Part shown: in pieces, positions 53,287 to 64,000 of the stretch
How positions within the stretch are numbered: the stretch's first letter is position 1
Layout of the letters: every line of letters begins with the position of its first letter
Notes under the pieces: generated by a model
What the model saw: only the letters and a program-made list of their open reading frames with translations
What the model was told of the DNA's origin: nothing
The model's database searches: none
Position numbers and translations under genes: made by a program
Source of the DNA: Takakia lepidozioides
Taxonomy: Eukaryota; Plantae; Bryophyta
Direction of reading: 5' to 3'
DNA: 64,000 bases
Assembly (NCBI GenBank): GCA_030704615.1
Contig: CM060733.1
Location: forward strand, 47,554,001 to 47,618,000

Positions 53287-54791
53287 TTTTTTTTTTTTTT
53301 GAAATTGAAATTGAAATTGAAGCAGATCTCGCCAAGTTACGGCTGCCAAAAGTTGACTGGAGGCCCATTGCGCGCCGAGCGGCCACTTAGGGGTTAAACA
53401 ATACTTTTGGATACGCCCTCGTTCTTGTTTATTTCGTTCCCTTACATTACCTCTACAACTTACATGGAGATAGGCTTAATTTCTGCTAATAGTTTATCTC
53501 TTTCAGCAGTCTCACCCAACCCAAGAGATCTTAAGCAGGAGCGTGTGAAAGTCAAACTCAATGGGACGGTTGTGCACAGAACCATGGTTGGCTCATGTGG
53601 CTGTACAAGGAAATACCTGGAACAGAGGCACACCAAAATTCCTTTAACCCAGTACAATGCAGTTGGGCATCTTAATGAGCTGATGGCCAGCAGTAGGATC
53701 TGTTTTGGAAGTATTTTTCAAGATGCATTCACGGCAACCTATCACTCTGGGCCTCATCAAGGACACCGACTTTATATATGTAAGAGGAAAGAACTCCAGG
53801 CTTACATTCACAATGTACCCATTCTAACTTTTAAGACCCATTCATTCTTTCTGTCTCACAGCTCAGTTCTGGATGGTGAGCCTCTCATCTCCACTTCATC
53901 TTATTAATAACCAATTTGTGAATGGACCACCAAATCACCACAGAGCATTGACAAACTCTTCAAGGCAAGCAATTCACTTTGAAATTATAAATCCCAAATC
54001 TTGCCAAGACCGTGCAATCAGACGCAAAATAAGTAGATCCCCAAGTACGACATTTCCTTTCTGTGTTCTCTCCCATGATAAATTTCAGTACATCACAAGC
54101 TTTGTGCCAACAGACAAATTGGTTTCCTTCCTATAGTAACACACTGAAATAATGATGCCACAATGCTACAACAGGTATAGTGGTAAGTACAATTGACCAA
54201 CCTACAACCCTGCTTAGAGAGGGTTCATATCCTGAGAGCCTATGCATTGTTCATAAAAGACTCAATTTCCCCAATAAGTTTTGGGCTGCCGATGTTCCTC
54301 ATTGAATGAATGTAATGTGGAGATCAAATATCGAAGGACTGGACCCCTTCTCTCCATAAATGACTAGCAATGTCACAAACTGTATGTTACATGCTCCAAT
54401 TTGAAGAAGAGTTACACAAAGGTGTTTTGTACCTGCTCCTTATCTCGCTCCATTCCTGGATCCGAAAGTCTTGGCTCTGTCTTTTGAAGTTTACTTGATC
54501 AGACTTTCACAGTCACAGCTAGAAATTGGAACAGGGATTCTTTGTCTGACATCCGCAAGCACAATATCTGTCTCTGCAGAGGACCACTCACTGCAAAGTC
54601 ACCTGTTGCTCAGCTAGACATGGCATATGTGGGCCTCCTCTGACTGCATATCATTTTCAGAAATGAAGTACAATATTTTCGTTTAGAAGTCCAAAACAGA
54701 GAGGAGGAAACTTTTACTGAACCCCCTGCCTCTGAATGCAGCTTGCTCCTGCAAAAAGACAAGAAAAGCACTGATGGACCGGCAGACTTGT

Positions 54792-56096
54792 TCAATCATC
54801 AACTTCATAAAACTTCTGTAGAGCTGCCTTTGCTCTTAAAACCTGTGATTTCATGCGTGGTGAGAGCTTTGGATCTGCGAGATAGCCATCGTAAGCACGC
54901 AACCGTTCAGGATAGTGCTCATGGGCTGCTTTAGCTGCAACTGTGCTTGTAGAATCACATCCATCAACATTACAACCCTTTCCACCAGATTCTGCCGTGT
55001 CTTGCAATTGATCTAAGCTTTCTGACTTTGGAGAGTGGTTGTTGGCACTCGAGCATGAACCCACTTCACTGATGCAAGAGCTAGGAGAAAGGGCTGTGTC
55101 ACATGCCCTGACTTGAGAATTGGTTCCAAGGGTTTGCAGTTCCTCGGTGCTTAAATCCGCAAAATAATGCTTCATGGGAGTGGAGACACTAGCAGTCGGT
55201 TCTTTGTTGTCAGGTAGGTTATCTGACGGAGCATCCCTCGCAAGTGGCGCTGTTCCAGTCACAACCAATGAAGACGCTTCCTTGCTAGATTCCTCCGTTA
55301 ACCCAGAATAACTCTGAACTGAAGACGCCTCACGTAAATTTGTAGTAGAGTTGGCTGACTCTGGTGTTGTCTCTTCGTACTGGAAGGTCTCCTTTGGAAG
55401 AAGCGACGCAGCGCCCATCGCTTCGTTGATCTGAACAGATGGACGTCCAGTTTTGAAATGCTCCTCCCCACTCATCTGAACCCCAGGTTTGTCATCATAT
55501 GTTGGTGAGGCCCCAGATATCCCTGAATCTTGCCCAGCAACCTTCATCCTCTGCTCTGGAGAAAGTCCAACATCTTCAATCTCTCCTCTCTCCCGCGACG
55601 AGATAGATGTATTATCTGTCTGCCTAGAACTTTCCTCTATAGCACACGACGAAGTATCATCATGCGTCGAAGAGGGTGTGACCAATTCCTCTAAACCATT
55701 TGACTCCGTACCGTGAGATGGAGTTTCACTGCCACAACGTAATTCCACATGCCTTACCAGCACAACCTCTGTGACCTCCTTCCCATCTTTCAGCTGCAAA
55801 GTATCGGTCTCTACAGAATGCAGATTAGCCCCATCGACATTCGTTGAGACCTCATTTGAAGAATATGGTACAACACCCGCTTTCTCTGGCTTCTCATCTA
55901 ACCGTTGTTTGCGTGGAGAGCCTTCCAAATTCTCGTCCGACATTTTCTTAGATGAGCCAGACTTCTTGGCAGCTCTCCAGCCAACGAATACGGCTGCTCC
56001 GGCCAGGAGGCCAGCCATTGGCATATGCTTGTCCCTACCGTGCAATACAAGGCCTGCCATAGCTGCAAAAGCTACTGGACGTGTCCAGCCCGCCAT
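54792..56096 (-). CDS. 434-aa uncharacterised protein: N-terminal hydrophobic segments, long S/T/E-rich region, short helical C-terminus
   Basis: Longest uninterrupted ATG-initiated ORF in the window; no recognised domain. Confidence 0.75.
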   Translation of the reverse strand: MAGWTRPVAFAAMAGLVLHGRDKHMPMAGLLAGAAVFVGWRAAKKSGSSKKMSDENLEGSPRKQRLDEKPEKAGVVPYSSNEVSTNVDGANLHSVETDTLQLKDGKEVTEVVLVRHVELRCGSETPSHGTESNGLEELVTPSSTHDDTSSCAIEESSRQTDNTSISSRERGEIEDVGLSPEQRMKVAGQDSGISGASPTYDDKPGVQMSGEEHFKTGRPSVQINEAMGAASLLPKETFQYEETTPESANSTTNLREASSVQSYSGLTEESSKEASSLVVTGTAPLARDAPSDNLPDNKEPTASVSTPMKHYFADLSTEELQTLGTNSQVRACDTALSPSSCISEVGSCSSANNHSPKSESLDQLQDTAESGGKGCNVDGCDSTSTVAAKAAHEHYPERLRAYDGYLADPKLSPRMKSQVLRAKAALQKFYEVDD

Positions 56097-56511
56097 TCCA
56101 ATACTCTAATGCAGACTCGACAGGCCTCGATTGCCTGACGTCCAGAGAAAATAATTGCACAAAAAGCCAGGCCCGCTCCGTGATCCCTCCCTCCCTCCAC
56201 TTGAAGTTCTACCACAGTCTCCCACCCATTTGAGAAAACCTGCACCTCCGTTCCGGAGTCCACCAGCAACTAAACTACAGTGTGAAAAACCAACCTCGTC
56301 ACAGACAATCTTTTCGAACAGGCTGCTCCAAGTATCTATCCTTAGATAAAAGTTCGGCAAATGAGTAACTACCCAAATGTTCAACGAAGAATCCACGACA
56401 CAAATACACCAGAAAAACAACAGACTCTTCTATTCATAAGACCCAATTCTCAAAGATGTCGCACATGCGCAAGATTGTACTGCGATCTTCGTAATGGCTC
56501 CACCCTAAGAC

Positions 56512-59162
56512 TTTTTTTTTTTTTTTTTGGAAAACGGGATCAAAATCCGGAAGTATATTAAAAAATGAGAAGAGATACAAGAGGAAAAAATAACTTATGG
56601 GGCGTGAAGGCGTGAGCACATGGGGAACATCCCGGAGGGAAACACAAGGGGGAAGGGAGATTGACGGAGTAAACCGAAGAAACAGGAGGGAGCTCTAGGT
56701 GTGCAAGGAAAGGTACCAGAGCCATATTGATGAAAGATAAAGCTGGCGAAAAACGGGTTTGAACTGGGGCAGGGAACAGTCTGCCCCTACAAGAGCTAAT
56801 GCATCGAAATGATACGGCTGCAAAGGAGGATGGTTACTCCAGGACAGGGGGATTCTGGCAAAACTGTTTGTCCTCTGGCAAGTTTGAGTAAGAAAACCAG
56901 AGATGATGAGGGAACTAAGTAGCATAGAGATCCAGGATCAGGGCTTCAAGCTAATAACCGTAGCTATCCGATAACGGGATCCCACAGGGGTGCAGTAAGA
57001 TAGCTAACTAGCATCAGGTATATCTGCTCTGAAGTCCCTCTGTGTCTTTGCTTTAGGGATTTTTAGTTTGCGGTGTCTCCAGTTCACCTCTACCTCTTCA
57101 GAGCCCATCGGAGATTTGCCATTGATCGGGGAAGACGTAGTGCCAGGTAATGGTAGATTCAGAGGACCTGATGCAGAGGATGTGTTCTTTCCCCCATGAG
57201 TTATCAAAGCAATTGATGAGTTCTTGCCTCTTCCTCTCACTACACCTGCCACAAGCTGCCAACAACGAACCCCAGGCCCCTCAGTCATGAGGTCTGCAAA
57301 GATCTTATGCAACAATAACTTATGCTGGGAGAGCGCGCCTCATACAAAAAGAAACATCTGGATTTCCACAGAGACCACAGGGTGTGAGCCCTAAGGCAGG
57401 CCCACACCGGACAAGAATTCCACAGCCGACCTTGGCTCCAATTAAGGAGCAGCAACAGCGAACATTGAGAACAACCAGGTAACCAGTTGGAATAGTAGGC
57501 TATCACTAATCTCCACACTCTGGCTGCCATATTACAACTGGTGAGGCAGTGTTCGATTGACTCCTCCACATTACCAGGGCATAATAGACATGTCAGATTC
57601 CCCTCATAAGAGTGAGCAGCCATTGGCAGAATCCTGTTGGCAATTTTCCACAAGAAAGCAGCTATCTTGGAGGCCCTGTCTTTCCTCCAGATGTCCTTCC
57701 ATATGAATTTCCATTGGATCCTTGCATTAGGGAAATGCTGCCACTTTTTAGCCCATTTGTTTGTGAAGTTCGCCGAACCAAGCAATAGCCTGTACCCTAT
57801 CTTAGCAGTGTACCCCAAGAATGGAGTCTTGGCTGGATTCATCCAAGCCCACTCCCTAGGATCAAACTAAGACCAGCCAGCGGGATGGACATAAACCAAG
57901 CAAGTTTCGAGTGCAAGGCCCATTGTGTATCCATACCCGGGGGAGGTAAGGGATTGGCAGCCCCTGTGACCAAGTCTATGACTGTCCTCCACATTCTTTC
58001 TACAATGTGACCCTTTTTCTCTGATACTACAATTTAGGTGCCTTACATTTCGCTAGTCAAATTTTACGGAGCTTCTCAACAATTGTTTTTACAGGCATTC
58101 CAAATTGAGGACCATGCTTGAGAACCCACCTAATTAGTGTGCTTGGAACCGTGAACCAGCCACTTCAACGAGGGGGACCAGAGGCTGGAGTTTTTTGGAG
58201 AAGCATGAACAAGGTGTTCACGAACCAACTTACACCAAGGGCTGTTGGCCATCTAGAAAGAGCGCGGGATCCATCTCGCCAGGAGCGCAACAATCTGCCT
58301 CTCTGAGTCCAGGATCCCCAAACCTCCTCCATCCTGGGTCGGCACAATTGGGCCCATGAGATGAGGGCTCTTCTCCTAGGGCTTGATGTCGTGGCGCCCT
58401 ATAGAAAATTGCGTAAAAGCACTTTTATTTTTTGGACCACAGCGGACCCTGGACTCCAAACAGAAGCAAAAAACCATATGGCAGCTAGAAGAATCTGATT
58501 AAGTACCAGGGCTCTTCCTGCCAAGGAGAGCCAGGTTGAGCTCCAGTAGGCAATGTTCCTACGGAGCTTAACCAACACTTGGTCAAAAAGCTGGTCTTCC
58601 ATGATATCATGCCCTATTTGAAATCCAAGCAAAGTGTGAGATTGACCTTCCCTTAACCATCTCAGACCCAGGTCAGCCCCCCATAGTGGGCAATGCTGAG
58701 CAATGGAGGAATCTGGAAGCTTAGATAGCAGCCCCACCGGCTTAGGCCAGTTAATCTTGAGACCAGATGCCAGGCAAAAGGTGCCAAGTGTTGAGCATGC
58801 CCTTTCTACATTATGAACAGATCTGTTGTCTATCAACATGACAGTATCATCTGCATACATAGAAGTTTTCACAAATGGGAAGAGCCCTTGGGATGGTGGG
58901 TTAAGCCCAACGAGGTCCTCTTTTGCGTCAAGAAAGTGTCCAAGGCAATCAGCAGCCAACAAAAACAGATAAGGGGCCAGGGGGCAGCCCTGTCAGACTG
59001 ACCTATGCAGGGGAAAGGAAGTGGATACGAGACCATTAACCACAACCTTACTTGAGGCAGAGCTGAGAAGAATGTTGACCCATTTCAAGAAGGATCCTCC
59101 AAATCCTGCCATAAGAAGGACACTGTTAAGAAATTCCCAGCTAATGTTGTCAAATGCTTTTG
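56512..59162 (-). mobile_element. 5'-truncated L1-type LINE (RT + zf-RVT, 3' UTR, poly-A)
   Basis: KAFDNISWEFL; RSV-QGCPLAPYLF; SMYADDT; SGLKINW-K; LSLAGRALVLN; CLLC..ESIEHCLTSC. Poly-T at 56512-56528 is the poly-A tail. Confidence 0.93.
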
Positions 59163-61707
59163 GGGGCGTGCTAGATTGTGAGCAGCTCACATGAGCAGAA
59201 AAAACTGTGAGCAGGATTCTGCTCACAGTTTTCGCCCTATTACCGCATACATGTACCTGCTGGAAGCCCTATTACCGTGGACTTCAAGCGTCAACAAGGG
59301 AGTCTTTTTTTTTAAGAGTGAGCCTGCCGATTAGCAGCAACATTGTGGAGTGGTTGATTAATGTTTGAGTGTGTTTTGAAAAGGAGTTGGATGAAAGGAG
59401 TGGATGAAGGATGGATGAATGTGCGATGAGAAAAGATGGATGAGAAAGAGAGTGGATGAGAAAGAGAGTGGATGAATGAAAACGACGAATTCAGACCGGG
59501 ACCGCTAAAGGAAGCCCAAAAACACATCTTCAAACATGCAAGGTAGGAAACTGGTGCTTCATAAATGCTTGTCTTAAAACAAATGAGTCATTCCGAAAAA
59601 GCACTTCCACTGCTATCTGATTTTGAGCCCAAAACTGATGCAAAACTGTCTATAAAGATACTAGCCCTGCTCTACACAAAACCACCTCTGTCGTGGACCA
59701 CAAGAGGGGGAGATGAGAGGAGATGAATGTGCCAGATTAAGGTGGCGTTGACACCACCTTAATGCCGAGCCTGTTTCCCTCTGTTTCCCTCTACGAACAT
59801 GGCTGCTCGCCAAGGCTGTTATGTAGTTTTTATTGTTTTTTTTAATTTTTGGGGTGAATTGTCATGTTCCAAGAGGGGCTGGGAATCAAGGTGTCGTTGA
59901 CGACACCTTAACCCTTAAGTTCCCAAGCGACCTGAATCGGGTCACTTTGAATTTGCAGTTCGACCTAATTTTTGCAGATCGGGCCCACTCCTGAAGCTTT
60001 AATGACAAGGGATTTGTCTCGAGTATGATGCAAAAAACAAAAAAAAAACAAAACAAAAGCTTCAACCTACAAAACATATCTTAGATCTCTCATTTACGTT
60101 TTGGGGCCTGAAAAGGGCTCGTTGACCGCTGACGTGGCAGGTAAACAAGCCCAAAACATATTGCACTCCAAAGGCCATTTTTGGCATAAAATTAGCAATT
60201 TTGGAAAAAGCACTTCACCTTGTGGTGTGTGAGCATTACATACACACATCCACCATTGGCTTTTAAAAAATTTGTAGAAAAAAAAGTACTTAATTTGGAG
60301 GCACATTTTCTCGTGTCAATTTTGAGATTTCAACCCCCATGTAATTGCATGAATAGCAACCATAGGTGAAAAAATCAGTTGGACCTGCAATTTAGTGGGG
60401 TCATAGCCACTCCACTATTGATTTGGAAATGGTGGGTCTTGGGGCAAGCAAAATTTGATAAAGCTAGGTTTTGATTTGGTCAAACCAATTTCTTTCTCAC
60501 TTTTTCTTTCGGACCTGATATTTGAAGTCCACTCCAACCAACGCTATAATCTCACAATTTCCACGGTGGACTTGGCTACTTTTTTGGTATGTCATGCATA
60601 AATGAGCTGGGCCCATTGCTATAAGGCTGGAATCTCTGGATGATTTTCGGTAGGTTTCTAGGGGCAATTTACTGCAGCTAGGTACCCAAAATTGGTAAAA
60701 GTCAAAAAAGGGCTTGGGAACTTCAGGGTTAATCTGGCACATTCGGAAGGAAAAAAAAAACAAAAGAAACAAAAACTGATATATATGTATAGTTCCTTCC
60801 GAATATATATATATATATATATATATAGTTCCTTCCGAATGTACCAGATTAAGGTGTCGTCAACGACACCTTAATTCCCAGCCCCTCTTGGAACATGACA
60901 ATTCACCTGCCACCTTAATCTGGTTGGTCTTCTGGGCTGGAATTAAGCTCTAACAGGGGCTGGGAATTAAGGTGGCGTTGACACCACCTTAATGCAGAGC
61001 CTGTTTCCGTCTACGGACATGGCTCCTCATCAAGGCTTTTACTTCATTTTTATTTTTATTTTTGGTTTTTGGGGTGAATTGTCATGTTCCCTGTGAGAGC
61101 TGCGAATGACGCCACCTTAATGCCTAGCCTGTTTCAATGGTAGAACATGGCTGTTCGCTTAGGTTTTGTTTTAATTTTAAATATTTTAATTGGTTTTTGG
61201 GTTGGATTCCCATGTGCCGTTTGAATTAGGGTTACCATTCTGGGTTTCTGGCTTCCGTTCCTGCTTTGGGGTTTGGGGTTTATCATTGCGGGCATGGGTT
61301 TTCGGTTTATGGTTTTCCATGGGGGTTTGAAATTTGGGTTGCGGGATCAATGTTTGTAGTTACGGTTTCTCCGTGTTTCTCCGGGTATAGAATTTGTCAT
61401 CAATGCCATGTTTGCCGTATAATCAATTTTATTTCAGTACATGCATCCTCCACTCTTCAGGACTCACGTTCATCCCACATTCATCCATGCCTCTTTCATC
61501 CGTCCATTTTTTATGACATATTCATCCCACATCCATGCATGGAGCACGACATGGTTTGGTCCCTGGCGGCCGACGTGAATTTGCATTCAGAACAGTTTGC
61601 GTCCACAGCCCTTGTATTACCTCGGCTGTAGGCTCTACTTCCATAATTTGCTCACGCTTAAAATCTGCTCACGCTTAAGGATTCTGCTCACGATGCAAAG
61701 CGCACTA
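59163..61707. mobile_element. Composite non-autonomous TIR element with GTGAGCAG subterminal repeats and an internal foldback
   Basis: Three TGAGCAG at the left end, three (C/T)TGCTCAC at the right. Internal palindromes TTAAGGTG(G/T)CGT..CACCTTAA at ~59737, 59885, 60849 and 60967. Confidence 0.55.
59912..60728. mobile_element. piggyBac-like non-autonomous element (817 bp)
   Basis: TTAA|CCCTTAAGTTCCCAAGC ... GCTTGGGAACTTCAGGG|TTAA: 17-bp TIR with 1 mismatch and a TTAA duplication. Confidence 0.8.
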
Positions 61708-61899
61708 CAACAGATTTCGGCTTTTACGTCTGCTATTTTCCAGTTATATCAGCATTTTATGACTACATGAATGCCCAGTTAGATAAACCTAGTCAGTTGT
61801 GACAAATGAGTCGTAAGCGCCATAGAGTCATATCTGCCAGTCGTGGAGCTAACTGTTGACGTGGCAACGGGGACGCCTAATCATAGTCATTGATAAGAC

Positions 61900-62375
61900 C
61901 GTAGTAAATGACTGCGAATGCATGTCAGCGTCACGTGGAACGGAAGGGATATGCCACGTGTCACGTCAAAGGGAAGCGACTGGGTCTTCACGACTGGCAT
62001 ATACGACTTCCGCGGATTAACCCGAGGACAGCACGTGGAGGATATCAGGAACGACACGTGGCATGACAAGGTGACTTTCCCATATTAACCCCAGGACAAC
62101 ACGTGGATTAGACTGGACATGACACATGGCATGACAATATGGAGCAGGAGGGTCTTTCGTGACTGGCATATATGACTTCGGATGTTTAATCCCAGGTCCA
62201 CACGTGGAGTCAGTTATGTAGGATGGGGGTGGGGTGGTCGTTATGACTGGAACATATGACTTCCATGGCGCACTCTACACGTGGCACGAATATGGGCGAA
62301 CACGAGGGGTGAAAATGGCACGTGGCGGAGGCTCTGTGGATGGGAGGTAGTCGTGTACATGACCGTAGTCATGGG
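61900..62375. repeat. Degenerate tandem repeat rich in CACGTG
   Basis: Recurrent GACTGGCATATA(C/T)GACTTC..CCC.GG.CA.CACGTGG units. Confidence 0.7.
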
Positions 62376-62511
62376 CCTGACTCTAGCAGCATTGAAACAT
62401 GAAAGCACATTTGAAATTGGGACATCGATTCAAATACAACGTGACTTAATGTTCTGAGATCCGTTCCATAATCTAATCCAGTGCTGCTACAAAATGCACA
62501 AAGCTGCAAAG

Positions 62512-63361
62512 TAGATAATTTGGGTGCCGCCATCGAATACGTGGTTCAGATTGCCTTCCGGCAATACCACATTACCCACCCTCGATCCAACCACTCACTA
62601 TGGATTCCAGCCAGGAAAGACACCTTCTAGAAATGTAGGTGGGGACCCTCCTCACCTAAAACGGGTATGTGGATTGAGCTCTCCGAAGCTAGATTGCTTG
62701 GGCTCCACAAGTGGTTGATGACTCACTGCTTTGTTGCTTTGGGGGATCGAGTTTGGCAACAAGTTTCTGGCATACCCATGGGTTTTTCCTGTTCTCCTCT
62801 ATGGTGTAACATTTACTTCTTGTCATATGAACTGAGATTCATCCTCCGTTTGGCTGCTCTAGGACAGTTCCAGCTTATGGCTAAATTCAAATCAGCCTTC
62901 CGGTACATTGATAACATATGCTGGTTGAATGTTGGTGATGCTAAGCTATTTCTTGATCCTTCTACAGACAAAAATAGCTTAAACCCATGGTGGGTTTACC
63001 CACTCAATGTAGTGTGTTGGATCCCGATACTGGTTTATTTCAGTTCCGGAAATATGATAAGAGAAGGATGCTGCCTTTTTCTTACACATAGTACATCCAG
63101 TTCCTTTCTAACCGACCTGTTAATCAGTCTTACAATGTGGTGGTCTCCCAGGCTTTCCCTATTCTGTATATTTCCAGCAGCACTGACTTTGCCTGGAATG
63201 AATGTTGTGTTCTTATCCAAACCCTTGGGAGGAATGGTTTCAAGACCAAGAAGCTGGTTCGAATCCTCATTAAGTTCCTGGAACATGGCTCTTTTCCTGG
63301 TCTCCACTTCCCGTTACACGAGCTTATCACCAAGCTCAGAGGTATAATGGATTCCACATGA
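62512..63361 (+). mobile_element. Penelope-like retroelement RT fragment (degenerate)
   Basis: CFVALGDRVWQQVSGIPMGFSCSPLWCNIYFLSYE...FRYIDNI (YIDD box mutated); thumb-like ILYISS..LGRNGF in another frame. Confidence 0.8.
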
Positions 63362-63364
63362 CCT

Positions 63365-63990
63365 TATACATGTCCTCTTTTGATTCAAGTGACTGATATG
63401 TATTTCCACATGGCCGTATACATGTCCTCTTTATTCAAGTGGCTGATATGTATTGTAGGGGAGGAAGTAGGTTTTCAAATCCCTTTTGATAATCTTGTCC
63501 GGGGATTTGGAACTACTTTTGCAGTGGGAGAAACCTTATGAAGGGGTCTAGTATGCACTCCCTTACGGGGAACTGGCCGGTTGCATCAGTGTTCTTTTCA
63601 TGTTTTTCCATCTATACCAGATGGACTCTAAACAGTGTTTTCACCTGCTTTATAAAGGTTTTCTATCCATACCGGAAGAATTACCTGGGTGGACACTAAA
63701 ATACCTCTAAAAATGGCCTATAATTTTTCATTCCTCTTTTATTGACTTTCATCTATACCAGATGAGTCACCAGAGAATGAGGAATTACCTCCGTAGGGGT
63801 TGTGACACTGACATCCTATCTATAGTTTTTCCATCCATGCCGGATGAAAAATACCAAGATTTGAATTCGTTTTATTCCTCCTTTATGCCTTTTTTTCCGT
63901 ACTGGATGAGGCTTTCTCTTAGGGGATGATGAATTACATGTTAGGATGAGAAACCGCTGCCTTGGATGATGTGTACTGCTTTTTCATCCT
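63365..63990. repeat. Direct repeats downstream of the Penelope-like RT
   Basis: TATACATGTCCTCTTT..ATTCAAGTG.CTGATATGTATT x2, then several diverged TTTTCCATC(T/C)AT(A/G)CC(A/G)GATG units. Confidence 0.6.
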
Positions 63991-64000
63991 GCTGATGGAC

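Overview
Eukaryotic, intron-containing plant genomic DNA. PLS-type PPR repeats, a Penelope-like RT and a Crinkler-like gene suggest a non-seed land plant (inference). Host genes: a ULP2/SPF-type SUMO protease (-, ~3269-8783), UDP-glucose 4-epimerase (-, ~17067-22003), CTF8 (+, ~26476-28318) and an intact 434-aa orphan ORF (-, 54792-56096). Disabled genes: a CYP71-clan P450, a PPR gene and an EBS/SHL-like BAH gene. The rest is mostly nested mobile DNA. Highlights: (1) a >=14 kb decayed Mutator-like element (~34100-48429) with a SWIM/DDE transposase, a Ulp1-PHD cargo gene absent from the ORF track and several orphan cargo ORFs; its terminus recurs at 1981-2230 and, diverged, at ~10440-10491. (2) A two-exon Crinkler-like (header + restriction-endonuclease fold) pseudogene at 11688-13281. 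(3) A TTAA-flanked, CCC-terminated piggyBac-like non-autonomous element (59912-60728) whose empty site can be read from the opposite arm of the foldback it interrupts. Also present: Harbinger-type MITEs, two tRNA-derived SINEs, an L1-type LINE, a Ty3 RT fragment and a Penelope-like RT fragment. Exon boundaries and family assignments were made by eye and from memory of motifs; no searches were run.
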